The notes under the pieces are model-generated. The model had not been told where the DNA came from. It searched no databases and saw only the letters and a list, made by a program, of their open reading frames with translations. A DNA stretch of 64,000 nt, from assembly GCA_044870105.1 (NCBI GenBank), contig JBIOYJ010000096.1, forward strand, positions 16,126 to 80,125, in the 5' to 3' direction. Below are positions 46,976 to 55,463 of the stretch, in pieces. The first letter of the stretch is position 1. Each line of letters begins with the position of its first letter. Origin of the DNA: Gaiellaceae bacterium (GTDB lineage Bacteria; Actinomycetota; Thermoleophilia; Gaiellales; Gaiellaceae). The translations under genes were made by a program, and so were the position numbers.

Positions 46976-47542
46976 ATGGCCGAGACGGTTTCTACGAACC
47001 AGTTCCGGAACGGGATGCACATCCAGCTCGACGGCGGCGTCTGGCGCATCGTCGAGTTCCAGCACGTTAAGCCGGGGAAGGGCGGGGCGTTCGTGCGGAC
47101 GAAGCTCAAGGGCCTCGACTCGGGCGCGGTTGTCGACAAGACCTTTCGCGCCGGCGAGAAGTTCCCGCGCGTGCGCACGGAGGTCAAGGAGGTGCAGTAT
47201 CTCTACGACGCCGGTGAAGAGGTCGTCTTCATGGACCAGGAGACGTACGAGCAGTTTGGGCTTCCGCGCGCGTCGGTCTCCGAGGCGCTCGACTACCTCG
47301 AGCCCTCGAGCTCGGTGCAGATGCTCACGGTCGACGGCCGCCCCGCCGGCGTGCAGCTGCCGTCCTCGGTTGAGCTGACCGTTAAGGAGACAGAGCCGGG
47401 CGTCCGCGGCGACACGGTCTCGAACGTGACGAAGCCCGCGACGCTCGCGACCGGCGCCGTCGTCCAGGTCCCGCTCTTCGTGAACGTGGGCGACCGCATC
47501 AAGGTCGACCCGCGCGAGCGCCGCTACATCTCCCGCGCCTAG
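46976..47542 (+). CDS. efp: elongation factor P
   Basis: FRNGMHIQLDG..., VKPGKGGAFVRTKLK. Confidence 0.95.
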   Translation: MAETVSTNQFRNGMHIQLDGGVWRIVEFQHVKPGKGGAFVRTKLKGLDSGAVVDKTFRAGEKFPRVRTEVKEVQYLYDAGEEVVFMDQETYEQFGLPRASVSEALDYLEPSSSVQMLTVDGRPAGVQLPSSVELTVKETEPGVRGDTVSNVTKPATLATGAVVQVPLFVNVGDRIKVDPRERRYISRA

Positions 47543-47545
47543 TCG

Positions 47546-48811
47546 CTAGGCAACCGGCTCGACTTCGGCGCCGGCTGCCTCGTCCGGAACGACGGCCGGC
47601 CGCGTCGCATGCGAAGTGTCGGTGATCCGCCACATGTCGGGGATCAGCAGCAGCGCGACGCTCGAGACCATCGTGAGGCTGAACGCCGCGAGCAGCGTCT
47701 CGCGGACGCCGACAGCCGCGGCGATCGGGCCGACGATGGCGAGCCCGAGCGGTCGCAGGGCGGTCGAGCCCATCCAGTCGTACGCGGCGACGCGGGAGAG
47801 CGCCCCGGCCGGAACGTGGCGCTGCAGCACCGTCTCCCAGAGCGTGCCGGCGACGCCGATCGCAAAGCCGGAGCCGACCTCGCTCACGGCGATCAGGTAG
47901 GCCGGCGCCTCGAATGCGAGTAGGACGAGACTCGGTCCGCAGAGAAGGATCACAGACCAGGCGTAGATGAGCGGCCGGCGTGGTCGAATCCGGATCGAGA
48001 ACGCGTTCCCGATCAGCGTCCCGACGCTGAAGGCGACCAGGATCAGGGCCCAAGCCCCGGCGCCGCCCAGGGCGCGCTTCGCGACGAGCGGGCCGAGAAC
48101 CATGATCGTCGCCAGGTAGAGCATCTGGAAGGCGGCGAAGTCGACGATGCTCGTCCACAGCCAGGTGCGCGAGCGGACCTCGCGCCAGCCCGCGCCGAGC
48201 TCGCGCCAGAACGACTCGCGCGGTGCAGGCGTGAAGCCGAGCGGGCGAAGGCGCAGCAGCATCAGCGCCGCCGCGGCGAACGTCGCGGCGTCGCCGATCA
48301 GGGCCCACCCGGCACCGACAGTCGCGACGAGAGCGCCGCCGACGGCCGGGCCGACGATGCCGCCGATGCTCAGACTCAGGAACATCAGCCCGTTCGCCGC
48401 TTGGAGCTGCTCCGGTGGAACGAGCTGCGGCGTGATCGAGGTCGTCGCCGGCCGGAAGAACGCCGTCGCGCTTCCGTGGACGGCCTGCAGGACGACCAGC
48501 TGCCAGATCTCGGCGTTGCCGGTCACGAGCAGAAGCCCCAGCACCCCCTGGCTGAAGAAGCGAACCGCATGCGACGCGACCATCACGCGCTCCCGTGGCA
48601 GGCGGTCGGCCCAGACGCCGCCGGCAAGCACGAAGACGACCAGCGGCAGCACGCGCGCGAACAGGACGATTCCGAGATCCGAGGCCGAGCCGGTCAGATC
48701 GAGAACGGCGAAGGCGAGCGCCACCGGCACGAAGAAGTCGCCGACGGTCGAAATCACCTGGGCGGCGAAGACGAGGCGAAAATCGCGCAGGCGCAGGACT
48801 TCCGGGAGCAT
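47546..48811 (-). CDS. MFS transporter
   Basis: 421 aa, about 12 TM helices, DRLPRERV loop motif between TM2 and TM3. Confidence 0.75.
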   Translation of the reverse strand: MLPEVLRLRDFRLVFAAQVISTVGDFFVPVALAFAVLDLTGSASDLGIVLFARVLPLVVFVLAGGVWADRLPRERVMVASHAVRFFSQGVLGLLLVTGNAEIWQLVVLQAVHGSATAFFRPATTSITPQLVPPEQLQAANGLMFLSLSIGGIVGPAVGGALVATVGAGWALIGDAATFAAAALMLLRLRPLGFTPAPRESFWRELGAGWREVRSRTWLWTSIVDFAAFQMLYLATIMVLGPLVAKRALGGAGAWALILVAFSVGTLIGNAFSIRIRPRRPLIYAWSVILLCGPSLVLLAFEAPAYLIAVSEVGSGFAIGVAGTLWETVLQRHVPAGALSRVAAYDWMGSTALRPLGLAIVGPIAAAVGVRETLLAAFSLTMVSSVALLLIPDMWRITDTSHATRPAVVPDEAAGAEVEPVA

Positions 48812-48847
48812 GAACGCCGCAACCTACTCGGTAAGGTCCCGTTCGCG

Positions 48848-50665
48848 ATGCCAGCCCTCGTCGACACGACGGTACGGCTCCTCTCGCAGGAGCCGCTGGC
48901 CGGGACGATGCCGACGGCCGAGCTGCTCGAGCTGGCAGAGACACTCGACGGTGCCGGATTCGCCTACCTCGAGGTCTCCGGCGGCGGCGTCTTCGACAGC
49001 GCCGTCCGCCGCGGGGTCGAGAGCCCCTGGGAACGGATACGCGCGCTGAAAGCTCGGACGAAGACCCCTCTCGCCCTGGCCCTGCGAGGGCGCTTCCTCG
49101 TCGGGTCGAGGCCGGTCGGCGGGGACTTCGCGCGGCGGTTCGTGGCGTCGGCAGCGGACAGCGGGATCGACGTCTTCCGCCTCCACGACCCGCTGAACGA
49201 CGTTTCGAATCTGCGCGAGGCGGCGGAGGCGATCACGAGGGCGGGGCGCGAGTTCGACGGCGGGCTCGTCTTCGGCTCGGGCTACACGGGTGAGACCGAG
49301 GCGCTGATCGAGCAGGCGCGCAAGCTGCCCGAGCTGGGCGCTTCGCGCGTGCTCCTGCACGATCCCTCCAGCTCGCTGCAGCCGCACCGCGCGCAGGAGC
49401 TCGTCGAGGCGCTTCGCGATGCCAGCGGACTGCCCGTCGGGCTCTATTGCCAGGGCGCAGGCGGAAACGCCCTCGCCGCCGCGCTGGGAGCTGTCCAGGC
49501 GGGAGCAGACCTGGTTTCCTGCGCCCTCTACCCGGTCGCCCTGACGTTGCACCGCGTGTCGGGCGAGGCGCTCGCGCAGGCTCTGGCCGGGCTCGGCATC
49601 GACAGCGGTGTCGACGTCGACACGCTGTGGCGCGCCTCCGAGCTCGTGGACGAAAACATCGGGGACGCTCCCGTGACGCCCCTCGCGCCACGCGTTGCGG
49701 TGCGCGCCGCCCAGCACCGCGTTCCTCCGGGCCTTGTTGCCGCTTTGGACGCCCACCTGCGTGCGCACGCGGCCACCGACCGGATCGACGAGGTGCTCGA
49801 AGAGCTCGGTCGCGTGCGCGCCGAAGCCGGATGGCCGCCTCTCGCGGCTCCCATTGGTCAGATTCTCGCGTCGCAGGCCTTCCTGAACGTGCTCGCTGCG
49901 AGCCGGTATCAAAGCGTGGTCGACGAGCTCCGCGGCCTGCTCGAAGGCCGCTACGGAACCCCGCCGGGTCCGATCGACGCGACGGTGCGCCGCGCCGCCG
50001 AGCTGCTCTCGGACGGAGACGCGGCCGAGGCGGCTCCGGTCGATCTGGACAGCCTGCGCGAAGGGGCCGAGGGAATCGCCTCCAGCGAGGAGGAGCTTCT
50101 CTTGCTGGCGCTGTTCGGCGACGAGGCGCGGCCGCTGCTGGAGACGATTCGCGGCCGCCATCGCCGCGACGACACGCTCGAGGCCAGCGGCGTCGACAAG
50201 GCCCGCGCCGAGCGGATTCGCGAGATTGTCCGCATCGTCCAGGAGTCGGGCGTTGGAGAGATCACGCTCGAGGAATCCGGGATGCGGGTCTCGATCCGGC
50301 GAACACCCGAGCCGCTCGAGCCGGAGCTTCAGCTGCCCGCGACCGAGTTCGCCGAGGAGCCGGCCGCCGAGCCCTCTCCCGCCGAGCCGTCGTCGGACGG
50401 GCTCGTGCGGGTGGAGGCGCCGATGGTGGGCACCTTCTACCGCGCCCCGCAGCCCGGCGCGCCGCCGTTCGTCGAGGAGGGGGACACGGTCGCCGCCGGC
50501 CAAACGCTTTGCATCCTCGAAGCGATGAAGCTGATGAACGAGATCAAGGCCGAGGTCGAAGGCATCGTGCGGGGAATCCACGCCCGTAACGCCGAGCCGG
50601 TCGAGTACGGGCAGCTCCTCTTCGAGCTCGAACCCATCACCGGGCGTCCGCTCGACGCTCTATGA
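48848..50665 (+). CDS. OadA/PycB/5S-like carboxyltransferase-fold domain fused to a biotin carboxyl carrier domain
   Basis: N-terminal 450 aa align by eye to oxaloacetate decarboxylase alpha / transcarboxylase 5S (WGGATFD-like SGGGVFD, LLRG-like ALRG, VFRxxD...ND); C-terminus CILEAMKLMNEI biotinylation motif. ORF-track 5' extension (antisense to MFS) removed. Confidence 0.75.
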   Translation: MPALVDTTVRLLSQEPLAGTMPTAELLELAETLDGAGFAYLEVSGGGVFDSAVRRGVESPWERIRALKARTKTPLALALRGRFLVGSRPVGGDFARRFVASAADSGIDVFRLHDPLNDVSNLREAAEAITRAGREFDGGLVFGSGYTGETEALIEQARKLPELGASRVLLHDPSSSLQPHRAQELVEALRDASGLPVGLYCQGAGGNALAAALGAVQAGADLVSCALYPVALTLHRVSGEALAQALAGLGIDSGVDVDTLWRASELVDENIGDAPVTPLAPRVAVRAAQHRVPPGLVAALDAHLRAHAATDRIDEVLEELGRVRAEAGWPPLAAPIGQILASQAFLNVLAASRYQSVVDELRGLLEGRYGTPPGPIDATVRRAAELLSDGDAAEAAPVDLDSLREGAEGIASSEEELLLLALFGDEARPLLETIRGRHRRDDTLEASGVDKARAERIREIVRIVQESGVGEITLEESGMRVSIRRTPEPLEPELQLPATEFAEEPAAEPSPAEPSSDGLVRVEAPMVGTFYRAPQPGAPPFVEEGDTVAAGQTLCILEAMKLMNEIKAEVEGIVRGIHARNAEPVEYGQLLFELEPITGRPLDAL

Positions 50666-50680
50666 GCGTCGAGCGAAATC

Positions 50681-50736
50681 GGCCGCACCGACAAAGCCGG
50701 CACGGCCTTCATGCGAAGGCGTCGCAAGCGACGCCT
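50681..50736 (-). repeat. two-hairpin intergenic repeat (copy B, inverted)
   Basis: Reverse complement reads GGCGTCG-CTTG-CGACGCC, 9 nt, GGCCGTGCCGGC-TTT-GTCGGTGCGGCC; homologous to 52832-52883. Confidence 0.7.
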
Positions 50737-50754
50737 CAGGATGCTCTTTAGCGG

Positions 50755-52113
50755 ATGTTCACGCGAGTCCTGATCGCGAACCGCGGGGAGGTGGCCGTCC
50801 GCGTCATCCGCGCGCTGCACGAGCTGGAGATCGAGGCCGTCGCGGTCTACTCGACGGCGGATAACGAAGCGATGCACGTCAGGCTCGCCGACCGTGCGGT
50901 GTGCATCGGTCCGCCCCCGGCCGCGGAGAGCTACCTGAAGATCCCGTCGCTGATCGCTGCGGCGACAACGACCGGCTGCGAGGCCATTCACCCGGGCTGG
51001 GGCTTCCTGGCGGAGAACCCGGCGTTTGTGGAGGCCTGCGTCGACAACGACCTCGTCTTCGTCGGCCCTCGCGCGGAGACGATGGCCCAGATGGGCGACA
51101 AGGTCCAGGCGAAGGCGCAACTTGCTCGAGCCGACGTTCCTCTCGTTCCCGGCACGGAGGAGCTGGCGAGCGCCGGCGACGCCCGCGCGGCGGCGGACGA
51201 AATCGGCTATCCGGTTCTGCTCAAGGCGGTCAGCGGGGGCGGTGGCAAGGGGATGCGGCTCGTTTCGTCGGCGGAGGAGATCGAGGGGGCGTTCCGGACG
51301 GCAGCGGCGGAGGCGGATGCCGCGTTCGGCGACCCGAGCCTCTACCTGGAGAAGGCAATCGTGCCCGCGCGCCACGTCGAGATCCAGGTGCTCGCCGATC
51401 GAGACGGGGGCGTCCTCACGCTCGGCGAGCGCGAATGCTCGATCCAGCGCCGGCACCAGAAGCTGATCGAGGAGTCGCCGTCGACCGCGGTGAACGCCGA
51501 GACTCGCGAGGCGATGGAGGCGGCGGCCGAGCGCGCGTGCCGTCAGATCGGCTACGAGAGCGCAGGCACGTTCGAGTTCCTGGTCGGGCGGGACTCGTCG
51601 TTCTTCTTCATCGAGCTGAACGCGCGGCTGCAAGTGGAGCACCCAGTCTCGGAGCTCGTGACGGGGATCGACCTCGTGCGCGAGCAGCTCCGCATCGCGG
51701 CCGGAGAGCCCCTTGCCCATACGGGCCGCGCCGAGCGCAGGGGCCACGCGATCGAGATCCGGATCAACGCCGAGGACCCGACGCGCGACTTTGCGCCCAG
51801 CCCGGGCAGAGTCGTCCGCTTCCGGGCACCGCTCGGCCCGGGGGTCCGCCTGGACACGCATGTCGAGGACGGCGGCGTCGTCCCGCCCTACTACGACTCG
51901 CTGCTCGCGAAGCTGATCGTGTGGGACGAGCATCGCCCCGGCGCGATCGCGCGCGCGCTTCGCGCGCTCGGAGAGCTCGTCGTCGAAGGTGTGCCGACGA
52001 CGCGGGAGACGGCGATCGAGATTCTGCGCAGCGAGGAGTTCGCCAGCGGCCGCTACTCGACGACCTTCCTCGCGGAGGCAGCGCCGCGGCTCGCGACGCT
52101 TCAGGCGGGATGA
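50755..52113 (+). CDS. accC: biotin carboxylase
   Basis: Canonical sequence throughout (VLIANRGEVAVR, GGGGKGMR, ECSIQRRHQK, EMNARLQVEHPV-like). Confidence 0.9.
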   Translation: MFTRVLIANRGEVAVRVIRALHELEIEAVAVYSTADNEAMHVRLADRAVCIGPPPAAESYLKIPSLIAAATTTGCEAIHPGWGFLAENPAFVEACVDNDLVFVGPRAETMAQMGDKVQAKAQLARADVPLVPGTEELASAGDARAAADEIGYPVLLKAVSGGGGKGMRLVSSAEEIEGAFRTAAAEADAAFGDPSLYLEKAIVPARHVEIQVLADRDGGVLTLGERECSIQRRHQKLIEESPSTAVNAETREAMEAAAERACRQIGYESAGTFEFLVGRDSSFFFIELNARLQVEHPVSELVTGIDLVREQLRIAAGEPLAHTGRAERRGHAIEIRINAEDPTRDFAPSPGRVVRFRAPLGPGVRLDTHVEDGGVVPPYYDSLLAKLIVWDEHRPGAIARALRALGELVVEGVPTTRETAIEILRSEEFASGRYSTTFLAEAAPRLATLQAG

Positions 52114-52409
52114 CCGACGAGCTCGTAATCGCCGGGCCGGAAGGGTCGATCTCCGTCACGCCGGCCGCGTTGACCCGCCTCGTCGCCTCTGCGACCGAGC
52201 AAGTGGACGGGGCGCGCCTGCGGCGGCGCGGGCTCGAGCTCTCGATCACCGACGGCCGCGCGAACGCGACGATCGCCGTCCGCGCGCGTTACGGGGTTCC
52301 GCTGCACGAGCTCGCCCGCTCGGTGCAGGAGCATGTCGGCGCGGCACTCGAGGAGATGTGCGGGCTCGAGGTCGCTGCCGTCGACGTGGTGGTCGAGGAG
52401 CTCGGATGA
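52110..52409 (+). CDS. Asp23/Gls24-family (alkaline shock) protein
   Basis: ATGA overlap with accC; 99 aa; position between accC and nusB matches the Bacillus yqhY slot. Confidence 0.7.
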   Translation: MTDELVIAGPEGSISVTPAALTRLVASATEQVDGARLRRRGLELSITDGRANATIAVRARYGVPLHELARSVQEHVGAALEEMCGLEVAAVDVVVEELG

Positions 52410-52792
52410 CGACGGGACGCCGAGCCGCGCGCCGGACGGCGCTCTTCCTGCTCTACCAGTGGGACGTGACCGGCCAGCCGCTCACGTCCCTGTACGAGGG
52501 CGAGGTCGATCCGTTCGCGAAAGACCTCGCGGACGGCGTGGCGGCACGCGCGGAGGAGCTCGACCGCCGCATCACCCAGGCCGCCGACGACTGGACGGCG
52601 GATCGGCTGGGTGCGGTCGAGCGAAACATCCTGAGAATCGCGCTCTACGAGCTCGATGCCGACAGCGTCCCGGTCGAGGTGGCGATCAACGAGGCGGTCA
52701 CGCTCGCGAAGCGCTACGCGACGGAGGAAGCCGCGCGTCTCGTCAACGGGATCCTCGGCCGCGTCGTTCGCGAGCGGGAAGAGGTCAAATGA
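52406..52792 (+). CDS. nusB: transcription antitermination factor NusB
   Basis: ATGA overlap; RRAARRTALFLLYQWD..., ERNILRIALYEL, EAVTLAKRY. Confidence 0.85.
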   Translation: MTTGRRAARRTALFLLYQWDVTGQPLTSLYEGEVDPFAKDLADGVAARAEELDRRITQAADDWTADRLGAVERNILRIALYELDADSVPVEVAINEAVTLAKRYATEEAARLVNGILGRVVREREEVK

Positions 52793-52812
52793 GACGACGC
52801 TTGCGTCGTCTC
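52791..52812 (+). repeat. CGCTTGCG-core hairpin (copy C) overlapping the nusB stop
   Basis: GAGACGACG-CTTG-CGTCGTCTC, perfect 9-bp stem. Confidence 0.65.
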
Positions 52813-52831
52813 CTTCAGGCCGTGCGGCTGA

Positions 52832-52883
52832 GGCATCGCTTGCGATGCCGGTTAGAGGCCATGCCGGCTTCGCCGGCGTGGCC
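52832..52883 (+). repeat. two-hairpin intergenic repeat (copy N)
   Basis: GGCATCG-CTTG-CGATGCC, 7 nt, GGCCATGCCGGC-TTC-GCCGGCGTGGCC; flanked by 11-nt direct repeats CCGTGCGGCTG (52820-52830, 52895-52905). Confidence 0.7.
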
Positions 52884-52949
52884 GTCTACTTTGCCCGTGC
52901 GGCTGTCCGAACTGACCAGTCGGCACGCTTTCCGCGAGGATCTGCCGCT

Positions 52950-53138
52950 ATGAGCTCGGACGAGGCGCTGAAGCGCGCGGAAGACCTGCTCACACGTCTC
53001 GAGGACTCGCGTCGTAAACTCGAAGCGACGACCGACCCCGACGAGGCGATCGACGTCCTGCAGGAGCTGGCGGCCATCGCGAAGGAGGTCGAGGCGGAGC
53101 TGGCGCGCGCGAAGCGGGAGGCGGATGAAGGGCTTTGA
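52950..53138 (+). CDS. small helical protein, possibly exodeoxyribonuclease VII small subunit-like
   Basis: 62 aa, EALKRAEDLLTRLED...coiled-coil pattern and position immediately upstream of ispA as xseB in Bacillus; no xseA in the window. Confidence 0.35.
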   Translation: MSSDEALKRAEDLLTRLEDSRRKLEATTDPDEAIDVLQELAAIAKEVEAELARAKREADEGL

Positions 53139-53895
53139 GGAGCTGCTCGAGCTCGTCGAGCCGTACCTCGACGACCTCGCGCTGACGCCGGAGCTCGGCG
53201 CTCTCGCCCAGCCGGTCCGGTACGCGCTCGCGGGCGGCGGTAAGCGCATCCGGCCCGTACTTTGCCTCGCGACGGCGGAGGCGGCCGGAGCGGAGCCCGA
53301 GGCGGCCCTACCGGCGGCGGCGGCGGTCGAGCTCGTCCACAACTTCTCCCTCGTTCACGACGACCTGCCGGCGCTCGACAACGACGAGCTGCGGCGCGGT
53401 CAGCCGAGCACCTGGGCGCACTTCGGCGAGGCCGACGCGATCCTCGCCGGCGATGCCCTGCTCGCCGAGGCGTTTCGCCTCGCGCTCTCGTATCCAACCC
53501 CGGCCGTCGCGCGGGAGCTCGCCCAGGCAACGCTCGGGATGATCGGCGGCCAGTACCTCGACATCACCGAGGAGTCGGACGACCTCGCCGCGTTGCACCG
53601 CCTCAAGACCGGCCGTCTCTTTTCCGCTTCGGTCGCGTGCGCGCTCTGGGTCGCCGAGGTAGCCGAGCGCGACCAGGGGCCGTGGCGCGTCTTTGCAGAC
53701 GAGGTCGGGATGCTGTTCCAGATCGTGGACGACATCCTGGACGGCGATGGCTACGTGCTCTCGCACGGTGTCGACGGGGCTCGAGGGCTCGCCGATCAGG
53801 CGGCCGAGCGGGCGCAGGCCATGCTGGCCGAGCTCGACGCGGACACGACGGTTCTGAGCGAGATCGTTTCGGGCCTAAGCGCCCGCACGTCCTGA
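53125..53895 (+). CDS. ispA: polyprenyl (farnesyl/geranylgeranyl) diphosphate synthase
   Basis: FARM LVHDDLPALDNDELRRG and SARM QIVDDILD. Confidence 0.8.
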   Translation: MKGFEELLELVEPYLDDLALTPELGALAQPVRYALAGGGKRIRPVLCLATAEAAGAEPEAALPAAAAVELVHNFSLVHDDLPALDNDELRRGQPSTWAHFGEADAILAGDALLAEAFRLALSYPTPAVARELAQATLGMIGGQYLDITEESDDLAALHRLKTGRLFSASVACALWVAEVAERDQGPWRVFADEVGMLFQIVDDILDGDGYVLSHGVDGARGLADQAAERAQAMLAELDADTTVLSEIVSGLSARTS

Positions 53896-53911
53896 CGTTA
53901 CGCTCTGGCCG

Positions 53912-54676
53912 GTGAAGAAGCGGCTCGATCTGCTGCTCGTGGAGCGCGGCCTGGCCGAGAGCCGAGCACAGGCTCAGGCGCTCGTGCTGGCCGGGCGCGT
54001 CCGCGGCTTCGACAAGGCGGGCGCGCAGGTGGAGGAGTCGGCAGAGCTCGAGCTGACCTCGGGCCAGCGGTTCGTCTCTCGGGGCGGCGAGAAGCTCGCC
54101 CACGCGCTCGACGCACTTGGACTCGAGGTCGAGGGGGAGGACTGCATCGACGTCGGCGCCTCGACCGGCGGCTTCACCGATGTCCTGCTCCAGAGCGGCG
54201 CCGCGCGCGTGATCGCGCTGGACGTGGGCTACGGACAGCTGCACCCGAAACTGCGCGAGGACACCCGGGTCACCGTGCTCGAGCGCGTGAATGCGCGGCG
54301 GCCGGGCGAGCTTCCGTTCGCGCCGACGTTCATCACCTGCGACGTCAGCTTCATCAGCGTGCGCACAGCACTTCCGCAGGTGTTGGAGGCTGCCGCCGCC
54401 GGCTGGCGTGCCCTCGTGCTGGTCAAGCCGCAGTTCGAGGCGGGCCGCGCGGACGTAGGCAAGGGTGGAGTCGTTCACGACCGCGCCGTGCACCGCCGCG
54501 TCCTCGGCGACGTCGCCAAGGCGGCGCTGGGGTGGTCCGCGCAGACCGCCGGAGTCGTGGACTCGGGGTTGCCGGGGCCGAAAGGCAACCGCGAGTTCTT
54601 CCTCTACCTGGAGCACCGGGACAATCCGGTCCTTCCCGATGAGCTCGACGACTGGATCGAAGACGCGACCGCGTGA
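53912..54676 (+). CDS. tlyA: TlyA-family rRNA 2'-O-methyltransferase
   Basis: S4 domain KRLDLLLVERGLAESR, FtsJ motif DVGASTGGFTDVLL; GTG preceded by TACGCT-N7. Confidence 0.85.
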   Translation: MKKRLDLLLVERGLAESRAQAQALVLAGRVRGFDKAGAQVEESAELELTSGQRFVSRGGEKLAHALDALGLEVEGEDCIDVGASTGGFTDVLLQSGAARVIALDVGYGQLHPKLREDTRVTVLERVNARRPGELPFAPTFITCDVSFISVRTALPQVLEAAAAGWRALVLVKPQFEAGRADVGKGGVVHDRAVHRRVLGDVAKAALGWSAQTAGVVDSGLPGPKGNREFFLYLEHRDNPVLPDELDDWIEDATA

Positions 54677-55463
54677 AGCCGTCCGCCGGGTCGCAGTCGT
54701 CCTGCACGGGCGCCCCGAGACGACCGGCGACGCGCAGGCGCGGCTCGAACGGATCGCCGCCAAACACGGCGTCGAGCTGGTCGACGAGGATTCCAGGGAG
54801 CGTCCGGATCTCGCCGTCGTGCTGGGCGGCGACGGCACGATGCTACGCGCCTTCCACCGCTTCCTCGGCACCGACGTCGCCGTCCTGGGCGTCAACTTCG
54901 GCCGCGTCGGCTTCCTTGCCTCGGTCGAAGACGAGGATCTGGAGGCCGGCCTCGAGCAGGCGTTCAGAGGCGACTACCGGGTGGTCGAGCTCGCGACGCT
55001 CGAGGTGGAGACCGGCGGGAAGAAATCGCCGGCGGTGAACGACGTCGTGGTCACGAGCTCGGTGCTCGGCCGCATGGTCGAGCTCGCGTGGGCGATCGGC
55101 GGCGAGGATCTCGGCGTCTTGCCGTGCGACGGCCTCATCTGTTGCACGCCGTCGGGCTCGACCGCCTACAACCTCTCGAACGGCGGCCCTGTGCTCGTGT
55201 GGGGCCTGGACGCGATGGCGATCACCTTCGTCGCTCCGCACTCTTTGCAGGCCAGGCCGCTCGTGGTGCCGCGCGGCAGCGACCTGTCCGTCGTCAACCG
55301 CACCGCCGGAGTCGGCGTCACCGTGATCGTCGACGGTAAGCCCTTCGCCGAGCCCGCCGGCGAAGAGGAGGTGAGCGTTCGCCTGGGCGATCAGCACTGC
55401 CTGGTGGCGACGCTGCCCCAGGCCACGTTCTTCAGCCGCTACCGCGAGAGCTTTGCTTCGTAG
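54639..55463 (+). CDS. nadK: NAD kinase
   Basis: GGDGTMLRA, NDVV, TPSGSTAYNLS motifs; ATG 54639 is the first canonical start before the conserved N-terminal strand. Confidence 0.8.
   Translation: MSSTTGSKTRPREAVRRVAVVLHGRPETTGDAQARLERIAAKHGVELVDEDSRERPDLAVVLGGDGTMLRAFHRFLGTDVAVLGVNFGRVGFLASVEDEDLEAGLEQAFRGDYRVVELATLEVETGGKKSPAVNDVVVTSSVLGRMVELAWAIGGEDLGVLPCDGLICCTPSGSTAYNLSNGGPVLVWGLDAMAITFVAPHSLQARPLVVPRGSDLSVVNRTAGVGVTVIVDGKPFAEPAGEEEVSVRLGDQHCLVATLPQATFFSRYRESFAS

Noticed and set aside
47537-47551. Hairpin GCCTAG-tcg-CTAGGC containing both the efp and MFS stop codons, as a bidirectional terminator
   Set aside because: It has only 6 bp with a 3-nt loop. The palindrome largely follows from two facing TAG stops 3 nt apart, which is too weak to call.
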